Assembly (NCBI GenBank): GCA_013202205.1
Contig: JABMSB010000012.1
Coordinates: forward strand, 1 to 56,054
Direction: 5' to 3'
DNA: 56,054 bases
DNA from: Candidatus Omnitrophota bacterium
GTDB lineage: Bacteria > Omnitrophota > Gorgyraeia > JABMSB01
In this document: positions 1 through 10,147 of the stretch, in pieces
How the letters are laid out: each line of letters begins with the position of its first letter
Position numbering within the stretch: the first letter of the stretch is position 1
Made by a program: the position numbers and the translations under genes
Notes under the pieces: model-generated
What the model was told of the DNA's origin: nothing
Databases searched by the model: none
Seen by the model: only the letters and a program-made list of their open reading frames with translations

Positions 1-129
1 ATGGAGAAGAATATGAGCTGCGGTATCGGCAAATGCGGCCATTGCCGCCTGGGCAATTATTACGCCTGTAAGGACGGCCCGGTATTTACGTATGACCAGA
101 TAAAGGATGCCCCGGCCATTTGGGACTAA
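1..129 (+). CDS. C-terminal fragment of an FAD/NAD(P)-binding [2Fe-2S] oxidoreductase (sulfhydrogenase gamma HydG / AsrB / PyrK-like); 5' partial
   Basis: Frame 1 reads [42 protein letters not shown], with the CxxxxCxxC...CxDGPVF [2Fe-2S] motif that ends this family. Not in the supplied ORF track. Confidence 0.85.
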   Translation: MEKNMSCGIGKCGHCRLGNYYACKDGPVFTYDQIKDAPAIWD

Positions 130-145
130 TATATAGAGGAAAGGC

Positions 146-634
146 ATGAAGAAGCTGCTCATAGATCTGGAAAAGGTGAAGCTGCACACAAGCTGCAGCG
201 AGAACTGTTCCTATTTCTATCATCCGAAGAATGAAGGCGTAGCTTCGCTTATAGAGTTTGCCAACTTTGCCTTAGTCTGCCGTAAGTGTGAAGATGAGCC
301 TTGCGTTAGCGCCTGCCGGTTCAATGCGTTGGAGAAGAAAGAGGATAAGGTCTTAAAGAGGTACCTCTTTAAATGCGTGAGTTGTAAATCATGTTCCTAC
401 GCGTGCCATTCCGGGGTTATATTGCCTGAGTCGATACCCTTTATAGCTTCTACGTGCGACTGGTGTATCGGTAGGTTGAAAGGCAATGACCTGCCGGTCT
501 GCGTAAAGGGATGCACCTGCGGCGTTGTCAAGTACGGGGATTTTGAAGCAGACGAATCGAAGAATATATATGCCATAAATGATAATCTCCTCATCCACTC
601 GATCCATTGGGTAAGGGAGGAAGCCAAGGCTTAA
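146..634 (+). CDS. 4Fe-4S dicluster electron-transfer protein (CooF/HydN/DmsB-like)
   Basis: CRKCEDEPCVSAC, CVSCKSCSYAC and CDWC...PVCVKGC motifs; first cluster motif degenerate. Confidence 0.85.
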   Translation: MKKLLIDLEKVKLHTSCSENCSYFYHPKNEGVASLIEFANFALVCRKCEDEPCVSACRFNALEKKEDKVLKRYLFKCVSCKSCSYACHSGVILPESIPFIASTCDWCIGRLKGNDLPVCVKGCTCGVVKYGDFEADESKNIYAINDNLLIHSIHWVREEAKA

Positions 635-640
635 CCACAT

Positions 641-1567
641 ATGAAGACGATAGTACAATTTTTAATATTTCCGGGATTTTTGTTTACAGCAGTAGTCGGT
701 CTTATAGCCAGCTGGATCGACAGGAAGGTCACCGCTCGCGTGCAGTGGCGTGTCGGACCGCCGTGGTATCAGCCATTTGTCGATATGGTTAAACTATTGG
801 GTAAAGAGACTATAATTCCAAAAGGTACTTCGGCCGTCACATTCTTGACCGCGCCCTTGGTAGGACTGGCGAGCGTAACCCTTATATCGATGCTCCTTTG
901 GCTTACGCTGCTTAATCCCGGTAAGGGTTTCATAGGCGATCTCATAGTCGTCTTATATCTGTCGGTCATACCCGCAGTCAGTATTATCATAGGAGGATTT
1001 GCCTCACGCAATCCCCTGGCGTCGCTTGGCGCTTCGCGCGAGATGAAGCTCGTCTTGGGCTATGAGCTCCCGTTTGTCCTGGCGCTCCTTGTGCCGGTGA
1101 TAAAGGCCGGCGGTTCGATCAGGCTGGATGAGATAGTCGCTTCCCAGATGGCAACAGGTGCGACGGCAACAAGCCTATCAGGGGTTTTGGCATTGATCGT
1201 TGCGATAATGTGCATGCAGGCAAAGCTTACACTGGTACCCTTTGACCTGCCCGAGGCAGAGACAGAGCTTATGGGAGGGGCATATATAGAATATTCAGGG
1301 CCCCCACTGGCCGTATATAAATTGACCAAGCATATGTTTATGTTTGCGCTACCCATATTTCTCGTTATGACATTTATGGGCGGTTTTGGGCCGAGCCCAA
1401 TTTCTTTGATATTAGGACTCTTAAAATATGTGGCACTTCTCGTTATCATAGTACTTATAAGGAATACGAATCCCAGGGTTAGGATAGATCAGGCAGTCAG
1501 GTTCTTCTGGGGTCCAATGACCCTATTTGCAATAGTGGCCGTGGCATTGGCATTTTTGGGATGGTAA
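641..1567 (+). CDS. Complex I subunit 1 family membrane subunit (NuoH/MbhM/EchB-like)
   Basis: DRKVTARVQWRVGPP, QPFVDMVKLLGKE, PFDLPEAETEL..G..EYSG; about 8 TM segments. Confidence 0.95.
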   Translation: MKTIVQFLIFPGFLFTAVVGLIASWIDRKVTARVQWRVGPPWYQPFVDMVKLLGKETIIPKGTSAVTFLTAPLVGLASVTLISMLLWLTLLNPGKGFIGDLIVVLYLSVIPAVSIIIGGFASRNPLASLGASREMKLVLGYELPFVLALLVPVIKAGGSIRLDEIVASQMATGATATSLSGVLALIVAIMCMQAKLTLVPFDLPEAETELMGGAYIEYSGPPLAVYKLTKHMFMFALPIFLVMTFMGGFGPSPISLILGLLKYVALLVIIVLIRNTNPRVRIDQAVRFFWGPMTLFAIVAVALAFLGW

Positions 1568-1571
1568 TATA

Positions 1572-1997
1572 ATGAGCATAAAAATGAAAGCGCTACTAAA
1601 GTCTCCGTGGGTATTTCACCTCTCGACAGGCAGCTGCAACAACTGCGATATAGAGATCTTAGATTGTCTCACGCCCAGATTTGACATAGAGAGGTTTGGC
1701 ATGCTTCTTGTGGGTAGTGCCAGGCACGCCGATGTATTACTGGTGACGGGTATTATGACGAGACAGTCGGCTCCCGCGGCAAAACGCGTATATGAACAGA
1801 TGGCCAAACCATGCGTTGTAGTTGCTATAGGGTCGTGCTCTCTCGGACAAGGTATATTCAAAGGCAGCTATAATGCCCCTATACCCGTTGATGAGGTTTT
1901 GCCGGTCGATGCTTATATACCGGGTTGCCCGCCAAAACCTGAGGCGATGATAGCGGGTGTCGTTAAATTGATACAGAAGCTACAAGGAGCAAAATAA
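1572..1997 (+). CDS. Group 4 [NiFe]-hydrogenase small subunit (NuoB/MbhJ/EchC-like)
   Basis: GSCNNCDIE, ADVLLVTG, IGSC, YIPGCPPKPE. Confidence 0.93.
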   Translation: MSIKMKALLKSPWVFHLSTGSCNNCDIEILDCLTPRFDIERFGMLLVGSARHADVLLVTGIMTRQSAPAAKRVYEQMAKPCVVVAIGSCSLGQGIFKGSYNAPIPVDEVLPVDAYIPGCPPKPEAMIAGVVKLIQKLQGAK

Positions 1998-2000
1998 GTT

Positions 2001-2450
2001 ATGATAACCGACAGAGAAGAGGCGATAAAGCTGATCGAACAGAAGTTTGGCAATCGCATCTTGAAATCATTCCGCAAGACGAAGAAGCGCTTATATATCG
2101 ATATTAAGCCAAGCGATGTGCCTGAGGTGGTTGGATTTATATTCCGAGACCTTGGCGCGCGCCATAATATCTCAACAGGCATAGATACCCCGGACGGCAT
2201 AGAGATACTCTATCACCTGGAGCTTGATAAGGCGCTTATAATCATAACCGTACGTACTCTTCTCGATAAGATGAAGCCCAAGGTTCCATCGGTAGCAGCT
2301 TCAATAACGGCATTCGATTGGATCGAGCGTGAGATCCACGATCTCCTGGGTGTGGAGTTTGTAGGGCATCCGGATATGAGGAGACTTTTATTATCAGATG
2401 ATTGGCCTGAGGGAAAACACCCGCTCAGGCGTGATTTTGAGGGGATATAA
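2001..2450 (+). CDS. NuoC/MbhK/EchD-like subunit
   Basis: [38 protein letters not shown]. Confidence 0.93.
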   Translation: MITDREEAIKLIEQKFGNRILKSFRKTKKRLYIDIKPSDVPEVVGFIFRDLGARHNISTGIDTPDGIEILYHLELDKALIIITVRTLLDKMKPKVPSVAASITAFDWIEREIHDLLGVEFVGHPDMRRLLLSDDWPEGKHPLRRDFEGI

Positions 2451-3649
2451 TGGCTGAAAAAAGACGCACGATAATTCCGATAGGCCCTTACCATCCGCTC
2501 CAGGAAGAGCCGGAGTTTTATAAGCTCTTTGTGGAAGGTGAGCGTATAGTAGATATTGATGTGAGGATAGGTTATAACCACCGTGGTATTGAGAAACTCG
2601 CCGAATCGAAGCATTATGACCAAATTGTCTATTTGATCGAGAGGATATGCGGTATCTGTTCCACCAGCCACCCGATAGCGTATGTCCAGGCAGTGGAAGA
2701 TATCATGGGGGATATTGAGATACCCGAGAGGGCACTCTATATCCGTTCGATAATAGGTGAGCTAGAGCGGGTCCACTCACACCTTCTATGGCTGGGGCTG
2801 GCAGGACACTTCCTGGGATACAATACCGTATTTATGTGGGCATGGAAATACCGCGAGCCGGTTCTTGATATATTTGAGGTCATATCAGGCAATAGAAACC
2901 ACTATGCAATGCTTAAGCCGGGCGGCGTGCGCCGCGATATAGATGATGATGCGATACCGGGCATCATAAAGATACTCGATGACCTTATCCCGGTACTCGA
3001 TATGTTTAAAGGGGCTGTGCTCGATGATCCGGTACTTGCGGCCCGCTTAAAAGGCGTAGGCATACTTTCCAAAAAAGATATAGTAGAGTATAGCGCCCTG
3101 GGCCCGGTAGCGCGCGCCTCAGGCATAGAGATAGATGTAAGGAAAGACGAACCCTACGCAGCTTATGACAGGGTTAAGTGGAATGTTATTACCCAGCAGG
3201 AAGGGGACGTCTTTGCAAAGGCGGTTGTCAGGATACTCGAGACGTACGAATCGATCAGCATTATAAAGCAGTGCCTGCAGAAGATGCCAAAGGGGCCGAT
3301 CGACGCGGAATTAAAGGACATACCGCCGGGTGAGGGGATAGGGCATCACGAGGCTCCACGCGGTGAGACATTCCATTATGTGCGCTCAGACGGCACAAAC
3401 AGCCCCGTGCGCCACAAGGTGCGCGCCCCGACCTTTATGAATTTCCCTACATTTAAGGCATCGGTGATCGGAGAGCGCGTGGCAGATGCGACGATTATAT
3501 TGGCTGCGATAGATCCATGTTATTGTTGTACGGAACGCATGTCGGTAATAGACAGGAAGAGCGGCAAACAGCTTCTGGCAGGAGAGCAGCTGATCAAACT
3601 CTCCCAGGAGCGAACTAAAGAGATAGCCCGGAAGATGGGCAGGAGTTAG
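2450..3649 (+). CDS. Group 4 membrane-bound [NiFe]-hydrogenase large subunit
   Basis: L1 motif ERICGICS and L2 motif DPCYCCTER both retain the Ni-Fe cysteines. A C-terminal extension of about 36 aa follows the Arg, matching the maturation protease encoded downstream. Confidence 0.93.
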   Translation: MAEKRRTIIPIGPYHPLQEEPEFYKLFVEGERIVDIDVRIGYNHRGIEKLAESKHYDQIVYLIERICGICSTSHPIAYVQAVEDIMGDIEIPERALYIRSIIGELERVHSHLLWLGLAGHFLGYNTVFMWAWKYREPVLDIFEVISGNRNHYAMLKPGGVRRDIDDDAIPGIIKILDDLIPVLDMFKGAVLDDPVLAARLKGVGILSKKDIVEYSALGPVARASGIEIDVRKDEPYAAYDRVKWNVITQQEGDVFAKAVVRILETYESISIIKQCLQKMPKGPIDAELKDIPPGEGIGHHEAPRGETFHYVRSDGTNSPVRHKVRAPTFMNFPTFKASVIGERVADATIILAAIDPCYCCTERMSVIDRKSGKQLLAGEQLIKLSQERTKEIARKMGRS

Positions 3650-3651
3650 GT

Positions 3652-5517
3652 ATGTTCGGTTGTAGTCCGGCAGCAGGTAGTGCGGTAGAGAGCGGCTTAG
3701 CAAAGATAAGCTGCTGCGGATATGTATTGCTATATCCGATACTTATCCCTCTTTTACTGGGTACCTTATGCCTCTTTATCCCTAAGAGGATGCGTTACGC
3801 GAGTGAACTACTGAGTATTTGCACTTCCTTGGCCACGCTGATCATAACGATCTGCCTATTTACAATAAGGCCGTGGGCATTTATTTGGCGAGCATATCCA
3901 CTCCTTAATCTAGATAACCTCTCCTCATTTATAATGGTTGCGATAGCAGCTTTCGGTTTTCTGGTCACTCTATATTCTGTTGGATTCATGAAGGGCAGGT
4001 TACATCTCAATCAGTATTATACGTATCTCCTGTGGACGATCGGTGCTTCCGTGGGGGCGGTTCTCGCAAATAATCTGATTCTATTTTTAGCCTTCTGGGG
4101 ATTTCTTGCGATCACACTATATCTTATGATAAATCTGCAAGAGGGGGAGGGCGTATCAGAGGTTGCCAAAAAGGCGCTGATCATCATAGGCGGTTCCGAC
4201 GCGGTAATCATATTTGGAATTGCCCTGATCTGGCGTATCGCACACTCTTTCGATATGAACGCAATAAATATCGTTATAAATAGCAAACTGTCGGCGGCCG
4301 CCTATCTTTCGCTTGCCATAGGTGCCTTTGCCAAGGCTGGTGCTATGCCGCTACACACGTGGGTACCGGATACCTCTGAGAAGGCCCCGCTACCCGTAGC
4401 AGCTTTTCTGCCCGCATCGCTCGATAAGCTCTTGGGTATATATTTCTTGGTACGCATCTCTACGGATATTTTTAAGTTAAACGTTGCCATGCAGACTTTT
4501 CTGATGGCGCTCGGGAGTTTTACGATCATAGCAGCGGTTATGATGGCGTTGGTACAGCATAATTATAAGCGTCTTTTGGGATACCACGCGGTAAGCCAGG
4601 TGGGATATATGATTCTCGGCATAGGGACCGGAACAGCTATAGGAATTGCCGGAGGGCTCTTCCATATGCTGAATAATGCTATCTATAAATGCTGTCTCTT
4701 TTTTGCCGGAGGTGCGGTGGAAAAAGAGAGGCATACGACAGAACTTGATCAACTGGGAGGGCTGGCGCGGTTTATGCCTATAACCTTTGTCACCTGTTTG
4801 GTCAGTGCCCTTGCCATCTCCGGCGTTCCGCCGCTGAATGGTTTTGCATCTAAATGGATGATCTATCAGGGGGTCATAGAATTAGGAAAGGGTGGCGGCA
4901 GGTTATGGGTCATATGGCTTGTAGCGGCTATGTTTGGAAGCGCGTTGACACTGGCCAGTTTTATGAAACTCATACACGCTACTTTTCTGGGACAGCCTTC
5001 CTCAGATAAGAGGGTCAGCGAAGTGGGTCCTGCCATGTGGGTTCCTATGGTTATCCTGGCAGCAGCCTCTCTTCTATTCGGAATATTCGTTTATAAACTC
5101 CCGCTAAAGTTTCTTATCAATCCTGCGGTAGAGGGGGTTCGTTTAAGCGGTCTTTGGAGCGCGGGGACGGCGACGATCCTTATCATAGTCGGTATAGCAA
5201 TAGGATTTATAATATATCTATTAGGAAATTTAAAGGGGTTAAGACGGGATCCGCATGCCTATACCGGAGGTGAAATCCTGCCGGATGAAGCGCGTGTAAC
5301 GGGTGTGGAGTTCTATAAGAATGTGAAGGAGATGCAACCTTTTGCTACCTTATATAAGCTGGCAGAGAAGAAGGTATTCGATATATATGACATCCTTAAA
5401 GGGATCTTATCTTATTTTACAGGGCTATTTCGCGCGCTCCATACAGGGATATTGCTTACTTATATAACCTGGGTCCTCTTCGGGATCTTGGTATTGCTTT
5501 GGATATTCATGAGGTAA
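3652..5517 (+). CDS. Antiporter-like membrane subunit (NuoL/MrpA/HyfB family)
   Basis: AKAGAMPLHTWVPD, YHAVSQVGYM, HMLNNAIYKCCLF, SGVPPLNGFASKW; lateral helix plus terminal TM. AGGAG SD lies 6 nt before the ATG at 3652. Confidence 0.93.
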   Translation: MFGCSPAAGSAVESGLAKISCCGYVLLYPILIPLLLGTLCLFIPKRMRYASELLSICTSLATLIITICLFTIRPWAFIWRAYPLLNLDNLSSFIMVAIAAFGFLVTLYSVGFMKGRLHLNQYYTYLLWTIGASVGAVLANNLILFLAFWGFLAITLYLMINLQEGEGVSEVAKKALIIIGGSDAVIIFGIALIWRIAHSFDMNAINIVINSKLSAAAYLSLAIGAFAKAGAMPLHTWVPDTSEKAPLPVAAFLPASLDKLLGIYFLVRISTDIFKLNVAMQTFLMALGSFTIIAAVMMALVQHNYKRLLGYHAVSQVGYMILGIGTGTAIGIAGGLFHMLNNAIYKCCLFFAGGAVEKERHTTELDQLGGLARFMPITFVTCLVSALAISGVPPLNGFASKWMIYQGVIELGKGGGRLWVIWLVAAMFGSALTLASFMKLIHATFLGQPSSDKRVSEVGPAMWVPMVILAAASLLFGIFVYKLPLKFLINPAVEGVRLSGLWSAGTATILIIVGIAIGFIIYLLGNLKGLRRDPHAYTGGEILPDEARVTGVEFYKNVKEMQPFATLYKLAEKKVFDIYDILKGILSYFTGLFRALHTGILLTYITWVLFGILVLLWIFMR

Positions 5518-5520
5518 TAT

Positions 5521-6084
5521 ATGGTTGAGATGCTGGGACTATTATTGATATTTATGATAATCGGCGCGGTGATTGCCATCGAGACGAAGAATCTCCTGTC
5601 TAGTGTTATCTCTGTCGGGGCAGTGGGATTTGGCCTTAGCATCGCCTTTCTTATGCTGAGGGCACCGGACATTGCCATCACACAGGTTGTAGTTGAGGTA
5701 TTATGTCTGGTCATATTGATACGGGCGACGATCAGCAGGGATGTGACGGGCATAAGTTGTGACAGGGAGTTCTTTGCCGTTGTCTGTGCTGCCGTATTCT
5801 TAATTGCCATATTTCTCTTTGGCATAAAAGCGCTCTTGGCCCTTCCTGAGTTTGGTACGCCCGTGATGTTACTTATCAAGAGTGCGCCCACAAATACATA
5901 CATAAGCGAGGGGCTTAAGCAGACCGGTGCGGCAAACATCGTCTCCGCCATATTGCTCGATTATAGGGCCTATGATACCCTTGGAGAGGCAACAGTACTA
6001 TTTACGGCGATACTTGGCGGTTTGGCCATTTTGCGCAGGAAGGCCAAAAAAGAGGTAACGCAGATAGTCGAAGATAAGGAATAG
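5521..6084 (+). CDS. DUF4040/MbhD plus MbhE-like fusion (equivalent to the MrpA C-terminal part)
   Basis: APDIAITQVVVE followed by GAANIVSAILLDYRAYDTLGEATVLF. Confidence 0.88.
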   Translation: MVEMLGLLLIFMIIGAVIAIETKNLLSSVISVGAVGFGLSIAFLMLRAPDIAITQVVVEVLCLVILIRATISRDVTGISCDREFFAVVCAAVFLIAIFLFGIKALLALPEFGTPVMLLIKSAPTNTYISEGLKQTGAANIVSAILLDYRAYDTLGEATVLFTAILGGLAILRRKAKKEVTQIVEDKE

Positions 6085-6088
6085 ATAA

Positions 6089-6580
6089 ATGAAAGGCATG
6101 ACGCTCATAGTAAAGACGGTAACACGGTGGGTCAAGGGTTTTATATTCCTGTTCGGGCTATATATCATATTATTTGGGCACCTGACCCCGGGCGGCGGAT
6201 TTGCAGGAGGGGTAATACTCGCATGTTCATATATTCTCCTTACTCTCGCCTACAGCAAGGAAGTGGCACACAGGAGTCTTTCCAGGGCAGTTGCATCTGA
6301 GCTCGATAGTGTTGGGGCGCTCATCTTTCTTTCGATAGCGCTTTTGGGGATCTATTTTGGGGGTGGCTTCTTTGTCAATTTCATACATCGGCTCAGCCCC
6401 GGTGAACCATTCCGTTTTTTGAGTGCGGGTATAATACCACTATGTAATGTGGCCATAGGTATTAAGGTTGGCTCATCATTATTTATGATATTTGTGATAC
6501 TTTCCGCGATGCGTGTCATCGTCCGTAAGTCGGATAATGGCCGCGAGATTATAGATAATAGGAGAAAACATCCGAGATGA
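6089..6580 (+). CDS. mnhB: MrpB/MnhB (MbhF-like) subunit
   Basis: GHLTPGGGFAGG signature. Confidence 0.9.
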   Translation: MKGMTLIVKTVTRWVKGFIFLFGLYIILFGHLTPGGGFAGGVILACSYILLTLAYSKEVAHRSLSRAVASELDSVGALIFLSIALLGIYFGGGFFVNFIHRLSPGEPFRFLSAGIIPLCNVAIGIKVGSSLFMIFVILSAMRVIVRKSDNGREIIDNRRKHPR

Positions 6581-6924
6581 TATATCTGTTGACGTTCGTC
6601 TTATTCTCGATAGGATTATATGGCGTAGTGACCAAGAAGAACACGGTCAAGATCGTGATAAGCCTGGTTATAATGGAGTACGCGGTTAATCTTTTTCTGG
6701 TCCTTTTGGGTTATCGAAAAGGCGGCATAGCCCCGATAATGGAGAAGGGGCAGGAGATCCAGGAGTTTGCCGCTGCCACCGTTGACCCCTTGCCGCAGGC
6801 CTTGGTCCTTACAGCCATCGTTATCGGCCTGGGTGTCTTGGCCCTTATGGTATCGTTGTGCATAAGGTTGTATGAAAAGTACGGCACTTTTGATATTTCT
6901 GAAATGAAGAGGTTAAAAGGATGA
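6577..6924 (+). CDS. mnhC: MrpC/MnhC (NuoK-like) subunit
   Basis: VDPLPQALVLTAIVIG signature; ATGA overlap with the upstream gene. Confidence 0.92.
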   Translation: MIYLLTFVLFSIGLYGVVTKKNTVKIVISLVIMEYAVNLFLVLLGYRKGGIAPIMEKGQEIQEFAAATVDPLPQALVLTAIVIGLGVLALMVSLCIRLYEKYGTFDISEMKRLKG

Positions 6925-8435
6925 ATATAATCCCTCTATTTATAGCGATTCCTCTTGGGTTTGCGTTTCTCATACCCATGTTTTCACGCAAGGTTAGGTG
7001 GCTGCCCGATATGCTCGGCAACCTCGCTACACTATCTTTGGTGATACTGTCTTTCTACACGATAGGCCGGACGGGTAACTATTATATGGGTGGCTGGAGG
7101 CCGCCTATAGGTATAAATCTGGTTCTCGATGGGTTCAGTTCACTTATGTTGATTATGGTAAGCGGTGTCTCCTTTGCCGCAACGCTCTTTTCAGTCCAAT
7201 ATATGGAGAAGTATACCTCGAAGCTGAGGTATTATAGCCTCTTTCTTCTTATGGTTGCAGGTATGAACGGTGTTGCCCTGACAGGAGACATGTTCAATCT
7301 TTATGTATTTCTGGAAATAGCATCCATCGCCTCCTATGCATTGGTAGGATTTGGCTGTGACCATGAAGAACTCGAGGCCTCCTTTAAGTATCTTGTGCTT
7401 GGGAGTATAGCATCTACATTCATACTCTTTGGTATTGCACTCATTTATGGTATGACAGGCTCACTCAATATGGCACACGTCGGTCAAATGATACAACAAC
7501 AGGGGATGGGGCCAACCCTCCTCTTTGCCATGGTGATGTTTTTAATGGGGTTTGGTCTTAAGGCAGCGCTTGTACCGTTCCACGCATGGCTGCCTGACGC
7601 ACACCCATCAGCGCCTGCACCCATATCCGCGATGCTTTCGGGTGTCCTTATAAAGGTCCTCGGTGTATATGCGATGATGAGGATCTTCTTCAACGTAATC
7701 GGCGTGGATGAAAAGTTGAGTTGGGTCTTCATAGGGGCAGGTGTGATCTCTATGGTAGTCGGCGGCCTTCTGGCATTAGGCCAATGGGATTATAAGCGTC
7801 TTTTGGCCTACTCCTCTATCAGCCAGATGGGTTATGTGATTCTTGCTATTGGCGTTGGTGGTATGGCTATGGCGAGAGGCGGCGCGGGTGCCAATTCCGT
7901 TGCAGCCCTGGCCCTGCTGGGAGGGCTCTTCCACCTTATTAACCACGCCACCTTCAAATCGCTGATGTTTTTGACAAGCGGATCGGTCGTCTACGGCACT
8001 AATACCAGGGACTTAAAGAAGATGGGGGGTCTATTCTACAAGATGCCCATAACGGGTCTTTGTGCTATGGTGGGAAGCCTCTCTATAGCGGGATTGCCGC
8101 CTTTTAATGGATTCTGGTCTAAATTGATAATAATTCTTGCATGTGTAAAGGCAGGTTTTTATGGTATCGCGCTGGTAGCAGTTGCAGTCTCTGTAATAAC
8201 CCTTGCCTACTATCTTAAATTACAGAAATACGCCTTCTTTGGCGAGGTGGGTGAAGGTTTGAAAGACGTAAAAGAGTCACCGTCGCTTATGTGTTTATCC
8301 ATGGGTATCCTTGCGGTCTTATGTGTAGGTTTAAGTCTTTTACTATTGCCGGGCCCCAGAGCTGTGTTGCTCGATCCCGCCGTGGAAGCGGTCTTGCAAG
8401 GCACAGATTACATAACGGTAGTTTTAGGAAGATAA
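6921..8435 (+). CDS. mnhD: MrpD/MnhD antiporter-like subunit (MbhH/NuoN-like)
   Basis: GDMFNLYVFLEI, KAALVPFHAWLPDAH, KRLLAYSSISQMGY, GLPPFNGFWSK. Confidence 0.93.
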   Translation: MNIIPLFIAIPLGFAFLIPMFSRKVRWLPDMLGNLATLSLVILSFYTIGRTGNYYMGGWRPPIGINLVLDGFSSLMLIMVSGVSFAATLFSVQYMEKYTSKLRYYSLFLLMVAGMNGVALTGDMFNLYVFLEIASIASYALVGFGCDHEELEASFKYLVLGSIASTFILFGIALIYGMTGSLNMAHVGQMIQQQGMGPTLLFAMVMFLMGFGLKAALVPFHAWLPDAHPSAPAPISAMLSGVLIKVLGVYAMMRIFFNVIGVDEKLSWVFIGAGVISMVVGGLLALGQWDYKRLLAYSSISQMGYVILAIGVGGMAMARGGAGANSVAALALLGGLFHLINHATFKSLMFLTSGSVVYGTNTRDLKKMGGLFYKMPITGLCAMVGSLSIAGLPPFNGFWSKLIIILACVKAGFYGIALVAVAVSVITLAYYLKLQKYAFFGEVGEGLKDVKESPSLMCLSMGILAVLCVGLSLLLLPGPRAVLLDPAVEAVLQGTDYITVVLGR

Positions 8436-8443
8436 TTTTCAAG

Positions 8444-8953
8444 ATGAGAAGATTAACCCTATTTTTAATTTCGTTTCTGACATGGTGGCTCTTAACTTGG
8501 CCGTATGATTTCTCAAGCGGCCAGATGGATTGGCAGTCTTTTGCGCTCGGCATCTTTGCCGCGGGGCTCGTCTCGCTGCTCTTTGTCAGCATCTTCACAA
8601 AGAGCCCGCACAAGCTCTTTATCTTAAAGAGGTATCTATGGTTCCTCTATTACATACCCGTCTTCTTCTATTATTGCGTTAAGGCAAATCTCGATGTCGT
8701 TTACCGTGTATTACACCCTAAGATGCCCATCAACCCCGGGATAGTCAAGGTACGTACCAAATTAAAGAGCGAATCGGCTATAACCGCCCTGTGCAATTCA
8801 ATCACCCTTACGCCAGGTACACTATCGGTCGATCTTACAGATGATGGGTACATATATATTCATTGGATCAACGTTACATCACAGGACACAAAGAAGGCCA
8901 CCGAGGAGATAGTCACAAAGTTCGAGAAGATACTAGAAAGGATATTCGAATAA
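8444..8953 (+). CDS. mnhE: MrpE/MnhE (MbhA-like) subunit
   Basis: KANLDVVYRVL, PGIVKV, NSITLTPGTLSVD, YIHWI. Start moved to ATG 8444, just after the mnhD stop. Confidence 0.9.
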   Translation: MRRLTLFLISFLTWWLLTWPYDFSSGQMDWQSFALGIFAAGLVSLLFVSIFTKSPHKLFILKRYLWFLYYIPVFFYYCVKANLDVVYRVLHPKMPINPGIVKVRTKLKSESAITALCNSITLTPGTLSVDLTDDGYIYIHWINVTSQDTKKATEEIVTKFEKILERIFE

Positions 8954-9213
8954 TGCTGTATAATGTATTTTTTGGGATACTATTGACCTGCTCTTTTCTC
9001 TGTCTTTACAGGGTGGGGAGGGGGCCTACTGCGCCCGATAGGACAGTGGCTATAGATATACTGGGTATAGTGGTAGTCGGTTTCTGCGCGGTCTTATCCC
9101 TTATGACTGGAAAAGATTTTTACATGAATGTAGCGATAGCCTGGGCCTTATTGAGCTTCATCGGCACCCTGGCATTGGCAAAACATCTTGCAGGGAGGGG
9201 CTTCGATGAGTAG
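8953..9213 (+). CDS. mnhF: MrpF/MnhF (MbhB-like) subunit
   Basis: RVGRGPTAPDRTVAID; TAATG overlap gives the start at 8953. Confidence 0.9.
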   Translation: MLYNVFFGILLTCSFLCLYRVGRGPTAPDRTVAIDILGIVVVGFCAVLSLMTGKDFYMNVAIAWALLSFIGTLALAKHLAGRGFDE

Positions 9214-9541
9214 CCTTATAGGTTTGATCCTCATGGGTATAGGATTATTATTCGACCTCTTCGGCTGCATCGGTCTCGTCCGTCTGCCGGATGTATATAA
9301 CAGGCTCCAGGCGGCAACCAAATGCGTTACGCTCGGCACATGTTTCTTATTGAGTGGGGTGATGGTCTCAGAAGGTGTATCTGCCTTGAGTGTAAAGGCA
9401 TTGGTCTGCATGATATTTATTCTCATCATCTCTCCGACCGCGGCACATGCCATAGCCCGCGGCGCGCATCTTTCCGGAGTGAAGCTTTGGGAAGGTTCTG
9501 TCTGTGACAAGTATGCGGAAGATAGAGAAGGGAAGAAGTAG
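9206..9541 (+). CDS. mnhG: MrpG/MnhG (MbhC-like) subunit
   Basis: GLVRLPDVYNRLQAATK..TLG, SPTAAHAIAR. Confidence 0.92.
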   Translation: MSSLIGLILMGIGLLFDLFGCIGLVRLPDVYNRLQAATKCVTLGTCFLLSGVMVSEGVSALSVKALVCMIFILIISPTAAHAIARGAHLSGVKLWEGSVCDKYAEDREGKK

Positions 9542-10144
9542 ATGAAATATCCAAAACTGCGCGAACTTAAAGAAGCGATAAAGGCGTTAATAATGGGCCC
9601 TTATACGTCAAGTTTTCCCTTTAAGCCGCATGTGCCGCCAAAACAATTCCGCGGCAGGCCCAAATATGACGATAAGGAATGCATAGGCTGCCTGGCATGT
9701 GAAAACGTCTGTCCGGCCGGCGCCATAGACCATGAAGAGATAAAAAGGGGTGATAAACAGATAAGGCATATTACCACTCACCACGATCAGTGTATATTCT
9801 GCGGACACTGCCAGGTAAACTGCACCACCGAGAAGGGCATAATGCTCTCCAATGAATTTGATCTGGCCACCTTTGACAGAAAGGACTCATTCCACGACGT
9901 TGAGAAGGAGCTTGCCCTGTGCGAATGCTGCGGTGAAGTCGTAGCTTGCCAGGACCATCTCGTATGGATAAGCAAGCGCCTGGGGAGCCTCTCTTTCTCA
10001 AACCCCACGATATATCTGGCACACCTTAAGCAGTTAGGGGTGGTGGATGAGAATATCCAGGCTGCGGCAGAGGCGATGAGCCGCGGAGACCGCATGAAGA
10101 TCCTCTGTGTTGAATGCCGCCGTAAGGCCTCCCTAGAAAAATAA
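9542..10144 (+). CDS. 2x[4Fe-4S] subunit (NuoI/HycF/MbhN-like)
   Basis: FRGRP, CIGCLACENVCP, CIFCGHCQVNC, plus C-terminal CECC...CVEC as in HycF-type subunits. Confidence 0.9.
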   Translation: MKYPKLRELKEAIKALIMGPYTSSFPFKPHVPPKQFRGRPKYDDKECIGCLACENVCPAGAIDHEEIKRGDKQIRHITTHHDQCIFCGHCQVNCTTEKGIMLSNEFDLATFDRKDSFHDVEKELALCECCGEVVACQDHLVWISKRLGSLSFSNPTIYLAHLKQLGVVDENIQAAAEAMSRGDRMKILCVECRRKASLEK

Positions 10145-10147
10145 TCG

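Noticed and set aside
3666-3720. SECIS element after the hydrogenase large subunit
   Set aside because: There is no in-frame TGA at any Cys position; all ligand codons are TGT/TGC.
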